A DNA stretch of 64,000 nt, from the NCBI GenBank assembly GCA_023920165.1, contig CP089278.1:2356001-2420000 (forward strand). The letters are read 5' to 3'. A model generated the notes under the pieces. It saw nothing but the letters and a program-made list of their open reading frames with translations. It made no database searches and was not told the origin of the DNA. Below are positions 1 to 11,023 of this stretch, piece by piece (the stretch's first letter is position 1; every line of letters begins with the position of its first letter). The DNA is from Curvularia clavata. Lineage: Eukaryota. The translations under genes and the position numbers were made by a program.

Positions 1-1681
1 AAGGTTAGTTCCCAGCATCGGGGTAATGGCCAGGGCGAACTGGGGTGAATGCCCTCATGGTCTCATGTTGGATGACGGGGTGCGGAGAAAGGTCACATCC
101 AGTAAGGAGACATGCTCGGTTGCGTGTACAGGCCCACCATCAGATGTAAGCTCTGCGGACCCGATCCTGTGAGGTCGAGAACGGCGGGTTTAGGATTCTA
201 ATTCCAGCGTATCACGTCCTGGCAAGAGACAATGCACAAGTTTGTGACGAGGAGCGAGCGGCATGTGCAACGAAGTAATCGAGATGAATCGCAGTCCAAT
301 AATGATCTACATGGAATTGAGTTGCCGAGTATCCTTGGGAGCTGATGCTGACCAGTGTAGCTGGGTTAATCGCACCGTTTGGTCGTCCTTGAAGCTTCAC
401 CATGGTACCCGGCTGACAGTACTCAGCGACCATACACCTGTGGGTAAGCACTGTTGGGGGTATGTTTGTCTGCGGGGAGCAAGCGGCGCTGACGTCCTTT
501 CAGAGACAACCTCTCTCTCGTGGAAGAATGCGGATGTGGGGTGCAGGACATCCTGTGCTTCATGCTGGGAGGGGACTATACCTTGGCGTGAACGCTAATG
601 CCGGAAAGTGCGGGGTCAGCCCCGCCTGGCGTACGGAGAAGTAATAGACCAGCCACTCCGACGATCTCCTGCAGAAGCGCCATGGGTTCCGCCGTTATCA
701 TGGCTGACGACAAGTTTTTGATGCCTACCTATTGTTAGATATATCCGGAGCTACAAGCTATCCAATGTCCCAAGTGGCACAGTATGCTCTTGCCCCCAGA
801 CACAAGCAAGGTTCAGAACGTGGCCACCATTCATTGATATGATTGAAGGAACAGAATGACCCATGGCTTTGGTTAGGATTCTAACAGTCTGGACGATATT
901 GGCTGCGGGTTTGCGGAGATCAGGAGCCTTCTCGGCGCACCAAGGATTGTCAGCTATTGCTAATAGAGCGCGAGGCTGCTCGATCGAGAAGACACCCAGC
1001 GGTGGTACGAGGATCGTGTTTTCTCCTTTGCCGGTCATATGCAAGCCCACGGCGTGTCTGCTGTTCCTCCACTTAGGTCGGTGTAGACTCCTTTCGGGTA
1101 CATTCAAATGGCAGAAATCTCCACCTCAATGCAAGTCAGCAGCATTGTTCAAAGTCTCTTGCGTTGAGGTTCGAGATGAGGCAGCCACGCGGGGCGGGAA
1201 CTTTCCGGTCAGTACCTGGTCCTTGTGCAGTGCGGTTCAGCCCTGGTCTAGTTCCTATCCCGAGACTTGTCAGTTTGCGGGGCGGATACTACTGATCCGC
1301 GCGGTCCTATTCTGAAAGTTTATCAGTCTTTGAAAGCCTTCAGCCTTGTCCAGTAAATAGCACATCACTGACGCTTCGTATGGAATAGAGTGAGGGAGTT
1401 TGTATCGAACTGCAGATCCGTGTCTGAACGTTTTCAGCTAGCATTCGACCCAGTGCGGACCCGACCAACCTGCAACAGGCTTTCATTAGTCTCGAAATGG
1501 TACAAGTACCTAAATCATACACTCTCGTCGTATGTTACAATATCCTCCACCATATTGGTATCCGTTTTCTAGAAACATTTAATCTAGTAACGCCAGGGAT
1601 GCAATGTGAAAAGAACTAAGAAAGAAAACAAGAGAAAGACCAATGTCCGGCAGTTCAAGGAGAAACAAGGTAAATCAAATC

Positions 1682-2893
1682 TCAGATGACCTCGTGTCTT
1701 TCCCAACCAGTTGGCTTTTGGTGTGCAAGGTCCTTGGTTGGGTGTGGCAGCTCGGGATTCCGGTACTCGCTAACGTACGGGTTGGGGTCTTCCTTTTGAT
1801 CGAGGTTACCGAAGGTATGGTTAACTTCTCGATGCTTACTCTCGTCTGCGCGGACTGGGATAATATTAGCGTGGCCAACACTGCATATCCATAATGAGGT
1901 ACATACTGTAGAGAAGCAAATCGCGCATTGTGCGGTGGCCTTCTGGCATTTTCCAGTAGTCGACCGCGATTTCGGGAGCCTCCATCTTTTCCCACTTGGG
2001 GAGACGGCCTGCGTCGAGGTCTTTGATCTGGCGTGTGTATGTGATGACTGCTTCCTCCTCAAGGTACCCGACGAAGCGGTGAACGGTACGAGGGCTGAGG
2101 AGGTAGGCAAAGAACAAAGCGTTACACCAGACGCCTTGTGCTCCAAGCACCATGAGGCGCATCAAAGGTCCCGGACGTTGCATCTTCAGGAACACAAGCA
2201 GATGCATGCGCTCGTTATAGCTCTCTTCGAGCAAGGATTCAATCCTGGACACAGTGCATTAGTGGAGATCTCATTCCCAAGATGCAAGAATACGCACCAT
2301 CCATTGTCTCGCTTCATTCTCCGCATAGAATGCAGGTGTCTTAGCATACCAGCTACCATGCCAGGCACGCCTGCAACGCTCTCCAAGAAGACATTCCGAA
2401 TGAGGTATTTCTCTTCGGTCATGGCAAACTGTTTTTGTGGGTTTTTGGGATCCACAGGTTTCTCGTGTTTGTATCCGGTCGCCTTATCGAGACCCCAGCG
2501 CAGCACCTTGACAGCAATGAGAGCAACCTTGTCAGATAATGTCTTAGCTTCACGGTGAGCGATGGTGACTTGGTTCATCTGCTCTTCTGTGTATACTAGG
2601 CATGGTCAGTGTCTGACAGTTCGAGTGATGTCAGCGTACGTACCTGGATGCGGCCATGCTGCCTGCGTCTTGCGGACTTTCTCGGTCGGATGCTTCTCAA
2701 AGAATTCCTTGATCTTGGCTTCGCCACTGGGTGAAGAGGAAAAGTTGCGCCGAGTGTTTGGAGTTCTGATGTACTGAGTCGCAATGAAGGTGGGTCGAAG
2801 TCCGGGGTTGTAGCTCCGGAAGGACTTGATGAGTTGTGCAGTGCCCCGTTTAGAGGCCACTGAGCCGCATATTGTTACTCTAGTGGAGATCAT
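1682..2893 (-). CDS. aox1: Mitochondrial alternative oxidase (4 exons; introns 2596-2643, 2245-2297, 1855-1906)
   Basis: Spliced frame gives [65 protein letters not shown] (di-iron ExxH motifs of AOX); Arg/Ser-rich N-terminus; GT-AG introns with CTGAC/CTAAT branch sites. Confidence 0.97.
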
Positions 2894-3007
2894 ATGTGAT
2901 ACGGCGAATATATATGTGTCGAGTAATTGAGTGTGATGTCTATGGTGTCGGTGTAATGGTGAGTGCTGATGTCAAGTAAGGGTAGATGCTGAGGCACCCA
3001 TGGATCC

Positions 3008-3020
3008 TTTATATATAAAA
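3008..3020 (-). promoter_or_regulatory. Putative TATA box of the AOX gene
   Basis: TTTTATATATAAA on the minus strand about 120 nt upstream of the AOX ATG. Confidence 0.55.
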
Positions 3021-4186
3021 TTGAGCATGACACAAAGGACTAGAGCAAATTCTTCAAATAGTTGTAGTGTTTTCGTAGACAGTCACCGATGACGCTTGGC
3101 TATGCAGGGTGCAACAGGAAGGCGCATGGGAGTTCGCCGATAGACTGGGGCGAATCCATTGTACGGCAACGCCAGTGAGCAAATCGGCTTTGTTTGGAAT
3201 GCCGAGATGGTAAGCAGACGTGTCGAGAACAGGAAGCATAGGTCGCGTGCAGCGACGAGTTCGACGGGGCTGAGCAAGTTGGTATTCAGCTCACGAGAAG
3301 AAGTCGGAACTGCAGCGCCAAGCATCGGGCTTCCGAATGCAGACATTAGTCTACATCCCTGCAAAAAGCACGCTTGCAACTGGAAATTCATTGGGTTTGA
3401 TCCAAAATACATTCTCCATGGCAAATGATTCAAATCACAAGTTTTCTCGATTCTTTGAAGCCAGTATTGCTGGTGTTGGCTGCCCCGAGTAATAGACTCT
3501 TCATCCCGGAAGATAACCGTCGGGGTCCCGGTGACTCGTTCTTACCCTAATGGACCCACTTTCTCCCATAAGGCTGTTATGGATATGCTTACAATTTCTG
3601 AGCAAAGCGCCGCAAGTCGGTTGCCCGGTTTGACACAAGGCTATCTGGGCTTGCGTATTTCAAACGCTCGCTGTTGGTAGGCTGTACGCTAGAGGATAGA
3701 AGGGAAGATTCTTACAACAGTGGTTCAGTGCCGCAGCCAGGTGAAGTAGGTCAGTTCAAAACTTCATCTTCTACAGACCAGCAAACTGAGAACCACGTGG
3801 AGATGGCTCAAGTCGTATGTCGAAGGATGGTGAGAGCCAGTGGGGCGTCTGCAGCGAATACGCGGAGCACAGTATGTTGGAGCTTATTCATACAACAGGG
3901 CAATGTTGGAATTTCTACTTTGGGATAAAAATACGCGAGTACGCAGCAGCACGGCCCGGTGTGTGGATGGAGTAGATAGACACGTTGGCTGCAGCTAGCA
4001 GAGTGAGGTAGGTGGCACTGGTGCATGTGGAACTGATTGGCGGAATGTATATTTCTTTGTTTCCATCGAAGTCACCATGTCCTTCCACGCATCTTGGTAT
4101 AAAGAGGATTGGCGATGTTGGTCTCCGAAATTCTGGCTGTCGTCCTTGTGCACCAATAGTCTCTAGACACGCCCTATGCACACAGT

Positions 4187-4563
4187 CTACTGAACACTGA
4201 AGCCGCTCTCGTCGGCTTTTGTGGCAATGTCGGAGTGGTCGACTTTGGAGACGGACGAGGCCGGCGGTCCCTTGTTCAGATGCTGGATAAAGTCATTGAT
4301 CTTGTCCTCGCTGCCCTGGGCCTCGCCTTGAACCTAGGAAGGGTTAGTGTGGACGAGGCGAGCAGCAGCACGAGGGAAGGCCTACGCTTCCGTCGGATGC
4401 ATTGGTAACGTAGCCAGTGACACCGAGACTGCGGGCCTGTTTCTGGGTAAAAGACCTGAAGTTGACACCCTGCACACGGCCCTCGACCTTGTACTGGATC
4501 TGCGTGCGCGTGTTAGCCTCTGCCCGGGCGGGCGTGGAGGAGACGGACTCGCTTGGACGACAT
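4187..4563 (-). CDS. Acylphosphatase, 91 aa (3 exons: 4563-4549, 4499-4386, 4333-4187); absent from the ORF track
   Basis: Manual splice gives [50 protein letters not shown]...[14 protein letters not shown]...GFSVQ*; GRVQGVxFR and GYVxN are the acylphosphatase signatures; both introns carry CTAAC branch sites. Confidence 0.95.
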
Positions 4564-5221
4564 TGCAGCAGCAGAGGAAAGGAAGCGCTTCATGTACAGT
4601 GTGTCGTGATTAGACGGGGAGTGGTGTAATTATCGCAATCTCGAGCATGATGTCTGCGTTCATATGGGGAAGGCGCGATGCAGCGGCGCGACGTCATTGC
4701 CGGTGCGAAATGCACACGCTAGGCACTGCTACGCTGGCCTTCGCAGCCACGTCGCGGACAGAATGGGACCAGATCGAGTGCGGGGCGGGCCACAGAGGGC
4801 GGCGGGCAAAGCAACGAGCAGCCGCACTCAGCAGACGGGGCCCAGGGCAGCTCAACGGCCGTATTTCTTTTTGCTGCACACAGTCAGCGCCGTCCTGTCA
4901 CCACCGCTATGTGTTCACGGCTGCCGGAAATTGCATGGCCGCCAGGGCGCGCCAGGCGGTGGTGACGCTAGCCTCGCGTTGTTTTCGGATACAATCTCGC
5001 GTCGCTCCCCGTCGATGAAACCTCTAATCAAACGCCCCCCTTTCGCCGCCGAGTCACATAGCAACAACCGCACATTGCCCAGGTGGCTCCGCAAACAACT
5101 GGAGCCGTTGAAAATCACCTCGCACTCTCCGTAAATGCCGAGGACAAAACACCGAATCTCGCTGCTGATAAGGAGTCTCACGACTGCTACGGCTTTGCAC
5201 CTCCCACCCCTGTCTACCAAC

Positions 5222-6712
5222 ATGGACACGACACCAAACTCCCCGCCTCAGCGCTCGACTTCGCCCGACCCTTGGGCAACGCCCTCGCTGGCCATCGGCG
5301 CCATCCCGCCCCTCGACCGCTCCGTCTCGACGGCCTCGTCTGTCTCGTCTGTCTCTGGCCGCTCGGCCGGCTCCCGGCTGTCCGATGGCGGCAGGAGGCG
5401 TGGATACATGAGGCCCGAGGGCACAGAGTTCTCCAAGTCTGCAAAGAGCAGAGAGAGCGTCATGAACCTGGGCACCATTGCCCATCTGCAATACTACTTT
5501 GCCAGGACAGGGCTGCTCGACACGGCCACAGGACGAGTGGCCAAGGCACGCAAACCTGGATCACGCACAGCGAGCGGCAACGAGCCCGTCTCGCCGGGCT
5601 TCGATGGCGAATTCCCTCTGCTGTCACCTAGCTCCCCGGACCCAATGAGCGAACACTTTGTCGAGTCACCACTCGATGAGACGGCCTCAATGACCTGGGA
5701 GGATCCCGAGCCAATGATGCTCCCACCTACCGTCAGCACATATAAGAACAACCCCATCTACGTCCCCCCGCCGCCTGACATGACGGTGCTTCGTCGTGAG
5801 CTACGCGAATCGCTTGCCGAGTCTATGAAGCACCTGCATGAGCTTGAGAAGGGATTCTCTGACGTCCACCCGGATGGCAAGACAGCAAAGAACGGCGGTG
5901 CTGAGGCTTCAGGATGGCACGAGGTCCAAGGTCTGAACCTGCTCGATGTCACGACATTAGCCATCAGGGCTGCCAAAAACTACTACACTGCACACGAAGA
6001 GCCACAGCGGCTTTACGCCATCAAGTCGGAACGCGAGATCCGCAAGGAGCTATATGACACACTAGAGGTTTTGAAGCGTCTCGCCATTCGCAACTTTGGA
6101 AACGGCGTCCAGCCATACGAAGTGACTCAGCTCAAGCAGTGGGTGGACGACATCAGCGCGCTTCTTGACACGGAAGAAGAGAAGGAGCGTGAAGAGCAAG
6201 AAGCGCGCGAGACGTGGTCGTGGCGTGAGGGCGACTGGACCGGCAAAGAACGCGAGCGAGAAGTCCTCTTCCTCCGATCATTTGACGAGACCAGCTCTGA
6301 AGCCCTGCCCGAATGGACCGCCCCTACCGGCACCGAAGTCCCGACACCTTTTCTGGCCACGCTCCAGGACGGACTCCGACTGGTGCGCCTGCACAACACA
6401 CTGGTGCGCAGGTCGAAACGACACTTTGAGCAGATCAAGACGTATCACACGGACACGACCAAGCCATACCGCTGCGCCGACAACCTGCGCTACTGGGTCA
6501 AGGCTGCCGAGCTTCGCTGGGACATCAAGCTGGACGTTGATGTCATGGGCGTCGTGCAGGGCAAGGACGCGGAAGCATGGCAGAAGTTTGACGCGGCGAT
6601 TCTGCAGTGGTGCCAGGGAGTGCGCGAGGAAATCACGCTGGAATGGCTGAAGCAGAAGAACCAAACGAGGACGCCTACACTACAGATCGACCCCAACTAC
6701 GAGGCGCTGTGA
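5222..6712 (+). CDS. Conserved fungal hypothetical protein with C-terminal calponin-homology-like region
   Basis: Intronless ~496-codon ORF with coding-type codon bias; ATG in caacATGg context; FLATLQDGLRLVRLHN...ADNLRYWVKAAELRW resembles CH-domain helices; start could be 5135. Confidence 0.75.
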   Translation: MDTTPNSPPQRSTSPDPWATPSLAIGAIPPLDRSVSTASSVSSVSGRSAGSRLSDGGRRRGYMRPEGTEFSKSAKSRESVMNLGTIAHLQYYFARTGLLDTATGRVAKARKPGSRTASGNEPVSPGFDGEFPLLSPSSPDPMSEHFVESPLDETASMTWEDPEPMMLPPTVSTYKNNPIYVPPPPDMTVLRRELRESLAESMKHLHELEKGFSDVHPDGKTAKNGGAEASGWHEVQGLNLLDVTTLAIRAAKNYYTAHEEPQRLYAIKSEREIRKELYDTLEVLKRLAIRNFGNGVQPYEVTQLKQWVDDISALLDTEEEKEREEQEARETWSWREGDWTGKEREREVLFLRSFDETSSEALPEWTAPTGTEVPTPFLATLQDGLRLVRLHNTLVRRSKRHFEQIKTYHTDTTKPYRCADNLRYWVKAAELRWDIKLDVDVMGVVQGKDAEAWQKFDAAILQWCQGVREEITLEWLKQKNQTRTPTLQIDPNYEAL

Positions 6713-7222
6713 AGTGGCCAGATGCTGGCAAGTACCGAGGGCAGTTTTCCCCTATTTCTTTCACTGTTTATGCTTTTTAACCGATATCATCTTTTGTTAA
6801 TTTGCACGATGATCATGGCTTCGCACAATCTCAACTCTTCGCCACCGAAGTTATTTTTTTTCCTTTGTTCTTGTCCTCTCTCTGAGAGAAGGCCCTGGAT
6901 GGGAAGTATTCGGGCATCTTGTAGCGTCATTTGGCTCAGAGTGCGCTGGATATGGCTGGCGACTTGAGATAGATACCCCCTCCCCTTTTGAACAAGCCGC
7001 GGCTTGCAGGCAGAATATATTGTATGAAATGGAGTTCAAGTCGATTCTTGGCGAGACTGGAACCCGGGGCAGACAAGGGCCTGCCATGTACAGTAATGTC
7101 TAGATACACTTGTACTGTAATACTACACACTATACTAGATACATGTTACATGGTGCTGGTCGGTATTTGTGGGTAGCCGTGTATCAAGGGGCACCAGGAA
7201 TGAGTGAAGACGTGTCCACAGG

Positions 7223-7241
7223 GAGAGAGAGAGAGAGAGAG
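7223..7241. repeat. (GA)n microsatellite
   Basis: gagagagagagagagagag run read directly. Confidence 0.9.
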
Positions 7242-7795
7242 TTTGGTCCACGGAGGCTGGGCGATGCACAGCACAGCACAGGCGATCGGGTGAATTTAGT
7301 GAAGACGTGTACAAAGCATGTCCACACCGCACAAAGTAATACGGGCGTGGCACAGACGGCGGCGAGGCGGCGAGGAGGGGCTGGGAGAGCATGGACAGCA
7401 GGGGGACGCTGGCGGGAAATTGGGCACAGCGGCACTCGGTGTCTCATGGGCGGGAAACGTTGCGAACCAGTGTCCTTGTGCTGATTGCTGTGGGAACGAG
7501 GCCAGACCGCACCATTTGGCTCTTATCGTCGACGACGACAGCGAACGCATCCCCGTTGCCTTGCTTGCTTGCATCGTTCAAGTGTCTCTTCCCCCCAAAA
7601 GCAACGCAACGCGTGCACCCGGCTGGCTGGCTCACTCACTGACGCGAAGGTCGGATCCGGCATCCTCGAGCAAACGACTCAATCTCCCGAAGCAGCGCAT
7701 CCGTGCATCCAGCGCTCTCCGGCGTGCGCAGCCCTCTTTTTCTCGTCAGGACGCGACCTGGAGATCTTCTCGAGGTCCAAGCAGAGAAATGCTCA

Positions 7796-10700
7796 ATGAG
7801 CCACCCGGGCGCGCCGCCTCCAGTGAACGACAGCAGCAGCCCCGCGACTGCCGTTGACGTGCCAGCGAAGACACCGCCCGCTGCATCCATCGCCCCATCG
7901 ACAGCACCATCGTCGCCCAAGCCCCTTCGTCCCACGCCGCCACACCTCGAACCCACCACCAAACTCGCACGCAATGTCTCTCCAGGCCTGCTGGCACGCA
8001 TGAAGTTCCTCAACCAGCCCACCGACGCCCACGCCACAAAGACCACCGTCGACGTCGGCCGCATCGAGCAGGACCGCCTGCGCCGCCTCGACGAGTTCCG
8101 CAAGCAGCGCTCCCTCGACATTGAGCGCCGGGGCACTGCCTGGACCGGCAAGACGACGCAGCCCACGCCCACCCTCACGCCCCTCATCCCCCAGTCGACT
8201 GGCGGCAGTGTCCCGACTCTGGTCATGGAGCCCGACTTCGAGAGCGACCGCAGCAGCGTCGTCAGCACCAGCGACAAGGTGCTCCCCTCCGAGTCAGAGG
8301 CCGACATGGAGCTCGACATGCAAAAGTACCGCCTGCCAGACGTCACAAAGCCCGAAAAGGCCCTCAGCCAGACGCTTGCCGCGACCACGACAGCTGCAAC
8401 GCCAACGCCAACACCGCCACCCACAACACTAACAACAACAATAACAACACCTCCCCAAGAGGAAGTAGCACCACCGCCACCCGCACCCGCACCCGCACCC
8501 GCCACCGAGCCACCAGCCACACTCGCTCCATCACCACCACTACCATCACCACCCCTCGAAACAAAACCCGCTACTCCCCCCACGCCGCCCCCCAAGGACT
8601 CGCCGCCGCTGCCACCGCTGCCGCTAGCCGACGAAAATGAGGCTTCTGTGCTCGACGACAACAATGGCATCGACATCGAGTCCTACTTTGCACGCCGCCA
8701 CTACCCGCGCGCCGGCTCCATCTACACCCTCTCCAAGGCCAGCTTCACCAACCAGATCCAGCAACTGACCTCGATGAAGCTGCCTCCCACCACCATCGCC
8801 TCGGAGATTACCGCCCTAGCTTCGCCCACCCAAGCCGCCCGCGCACTCCACAAGGCAGCCAACGACATCCGTCTATGGATCTCCAAGACCAAGGAGGTCC
8901 TCAGCGGCCTGGACGCCGACGACGATGTCGAGTGGGCTGCCGCTGCTGGTCGAGAGGGCTTGGCCGAGGTAGACACCGCCATTGGCAAGTTCGAGCAGCT
9001 TGTCAACGTCTACATTGGCGCCATCGAAGACCTGCAATCCCGACCAGACATTGCGCAGCTGCCCACCAGAGACCAGGTAACTCTTGTGACCCAGATGGAA
9101 GACATCGTCATGAGCTGGGGCGAGATCAAGAAAACCCTCAAGGGAATTAAGAACCAGGTCGAGATCGCCATGGAGTGGGAAGAGCTGTGGAACAATGTCT
9201 TGGGTGAAATCGGTGCTGAAGTCGAAAACCTTAGTCGCTTGGTGTTCGAAATGGAGGAGCGCAGACACCGCGTCATTTCAGACTCGGTCGCCGAAGCACC
9301 AGAAAAGTTTGACATTGCAGAGCTCGAGAACATTGTCGAGGAGATTCCACGGAAGCAGGCCATTCTTAACAGCAAGCGGTTTAGCATGCCCACGCTGTCT
9401 GTCTTGTCTCCTGTTTCACCCATTCCTCAAATCGAGCAAGAAAACTCTCGGCTCCTGGCTCTCTTCGCGAAGCTGCAGCCGTTGCGCGCATCACTCGACT
9501 TTCTGCCCATGCGACTCAACACCTTCCAAATGCGGGCAAAGCACATTTTCCCCTCGGCTTGTGATGAATTGCACCGCAGGAGAGAGCAGCTCGAGGCACA
9601 AGAGAAGAAGCTGGAAGCCGAGGCAGATGCATTGCGAGAGGAGCTAGGCGAAGACAAGTGGGTGCACAGCTTCCGTCAGGCTGGCAGCAAAGCCGTTGCC
9701 ATGTACGATTCATGCATGAAGAGCATACAGAGACTGCAGCAGGCCATTGATGACAGCGACGACGAGAAGCTGGCTGCACGCATTGCCACGTACAAGGACA
9801 AGAGAGACCATTACCCGCCATCGATGAGGCGTGTGCTAGAGTTGATTGATATCGAAATGAAACACAGGGCCACCGTCAATGGTGAGATTCTGCGCATCCA
9901 GCAGGATGTGCGAAGCAAGGTCGAGGATCTTGAGACAGTCACCAGCAACATGGACGCTATCCTGGACGACTTCACTGCCAGACGCAAGCTCCGCGACTCC
10001 GTTTCCACCGTCCTGTCCGCTCGCACCGAAGCCTCGTTCGCGCATTCAAACCTAGACACCCCAGGCAGCTCTCCTGCCTCAAGCGTCGTCATGAGCCGCA
10101 AAAGCAGTGCTACAAGCTCTGCCATTACTCCCTTGGGTGCCAAACCCCGTCAACCCAGCGCCGCAGCATCCAAATCGGCAGTTCCTGTCAGTCGACGGTA
10201 TTCGAGCATGCCGCAAAGCACAAGTGCCCCTCCCCGGAAGTCTCTGCCTTCTGCCCGCTTGAACTTTACACCTTCTCGTGCCATGTCTGGCACAGCATCC
10301 AGTCAAGCACGTGCAAAGACTCCTACCGATAAACCAGCAGTTAAGCCTCGCTGGAACTCGGACACGCACTTGCGCGACACAATTATTGGGCACAACTTCA
10401 AGCCATTGAGTCTTACCACACCGTCACCGTTTCGAAAGGACAAGGATACACCGAACGTCTCTGGACGAAGTTCGGCTGCAAGCCGTTCATCTATTCCTGT
10501 AAAGAGCCCCTTGGGTCGTTCCGCAGCGCTCTCGCCAGCTGTATCTGCCCGCTCCACATCCACCAGTCCATCTCTGCAACGTCCAGCACGACCTTTGGCG
10601 AGCCCCATGCAGTCCCCGGCTACACCTGCAAAGGGCAAATCAGCGGTTCGATCCACCCCCACTTCTTCGCCTCAGACCAAGACCACTACCCCAGGATCAA

Positions 10701-11023
10701 GCCGCCGTGTACCCACTGTAGGACAGGATGGTACTAGCCCTGGCGGCGAGGAGAGCCCCGCAGCCCTTCGTGCGTCTCGGCCTCCGAGTTCCTCAGCCAA
10801 CCGCCGCAGCAGCGTTCTTTTCAGTTCAAAGCAGCGGACTGGGTCGGCCTCGAAGCCCGCAGAGACAAGTCCTGCCTCTGTCCCCGGGCGTGCTACCAGC
10901 AGACTCGGTAGCGTGGGTGAAGGACGGGCCAGCAGAGCCGGCGAAACACGCGCTGATAGCCGTATCGGCGGACGCCAGTCAAGCCAAGGACAAAACAAAG
11001 CCATCAAACCTGTTTGGAGATAG
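7796..11023 (+). CDS. kar9: Kar9-family microtubule plus-end guidance protein (MigA-like)
   Basis: AMEWEELWNNVLGEIGAEVENLSRLVFEMEERRH coiled-coil KAR9 region, KPRWN...IIGHNFKPLSLTTPSPF block, basic Ser/Pro-rich tail with SSIP (SxIP) motif; first ATG at 7796. Confidence 0.85.
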   Translation: MSHPGAPPPVNDSSSPATAVDVPAKTPPAASIAPSTAPSSPKPLRPTPPHLEPTTKLARNVSPGLLARMKFLNQPTDAHATKTTVDVGRIEQDRLRRLDEFRKQRSLDIERRGTAWTGKTTQPTPTLTPLIPQSTGGSVPTLVMEPDFESDRSSVVSTSDKVLPSESEADMELDMQKYRLPDVTKPEKALSQTLAATTTAATPTPTPPPTTLTTTITTPPQEEVAPPPPAPAPAPATEPPATLAPSPPLPSPPLETKPATPPTPPPKDSPPLPPLPLADENEASVLDDNNGIDIESYFARRHYPRAGSIYTLSKASFTNQIQQLTSMKLPPTTIASEITALASPTQAARALHKAANDIRLWISKTKEVLSGLDADDDVEWAAAAGREGLAEVDTAIGKFEQLVNVYIGAIEDLQSRPDIAQLPTRDQVTLVTQMEDIVMSWGEIKKTLKGIKNQVEIAMEWEELWNNVLGEIGAEVENLSRLVFEMEERRHRVISDSVAEAPEKFDIAELENIVEEIPRKQAILNSKRFSMPTLSVLSPVSPIPQIEQENSRLLALFAKLQPLRASLDFLPMRLNTFQMRAKHIFPSACDELHRRREQLEAQEKKLEAEADALREELGEDKWVHSFRQAGSKAVAMYDSCMKSIQRLQQAIDDSDDEKLAARIATYKDKRDHYPPSMRRVLELIDIEMKHRATVNGEILRIQQDVRSKVEDLETVTSNMDAILDDFTARRKLRDSVSTVLSARTEASFAHSNLDTPGSSPASSVVMSRKSSATSSAITPLGAKPRQPSAAASKSAVPVSRRYSSMPQSTSAPPRKSLPSARLNFTPSRAMSGTASSQARAKTPTDKPAVKPRWNSDTHLRDTIIGHNFKPLSLTTPSPFRKDKDTPNVSGRSSAASRSSIPVKSPLGRSAALSPAVSARSTSTSPSLQRPARPLASPMQSPATPAKGKSAVRSTPTSSPQTKTTTPGSSRRVPTVGQDGTSPGGEESPAALRASRPPSSSANRRSSVLFSSKQRTGSASKPAETSPASVPGRATSRLGSVGEGRASRAGETRADSRIGGRQSSQGQNKAIKPVWR

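Noticed and set aside
1..1570. Several 60-150 aa ORFs at the window start
   Set aside because: No recognisable motif or codon bias; more consistent with promoter/leader of a gene outside the window
4252..4264. Exact CGG-N7-CGG (AOX induction motif)
   Set aside because: Lies inside the acylphosphatase coding exon about 1.4 kb from AOX; expected by chance in GC-rich coding DNA
7636..8676. 346-aa antisense ORF and similar long antisense ORFs over mpe1, nma111, the cell-wall gene and frq
   Set aside because: Shadow frames of GC-rich, codon-biased genes on the opposite strand
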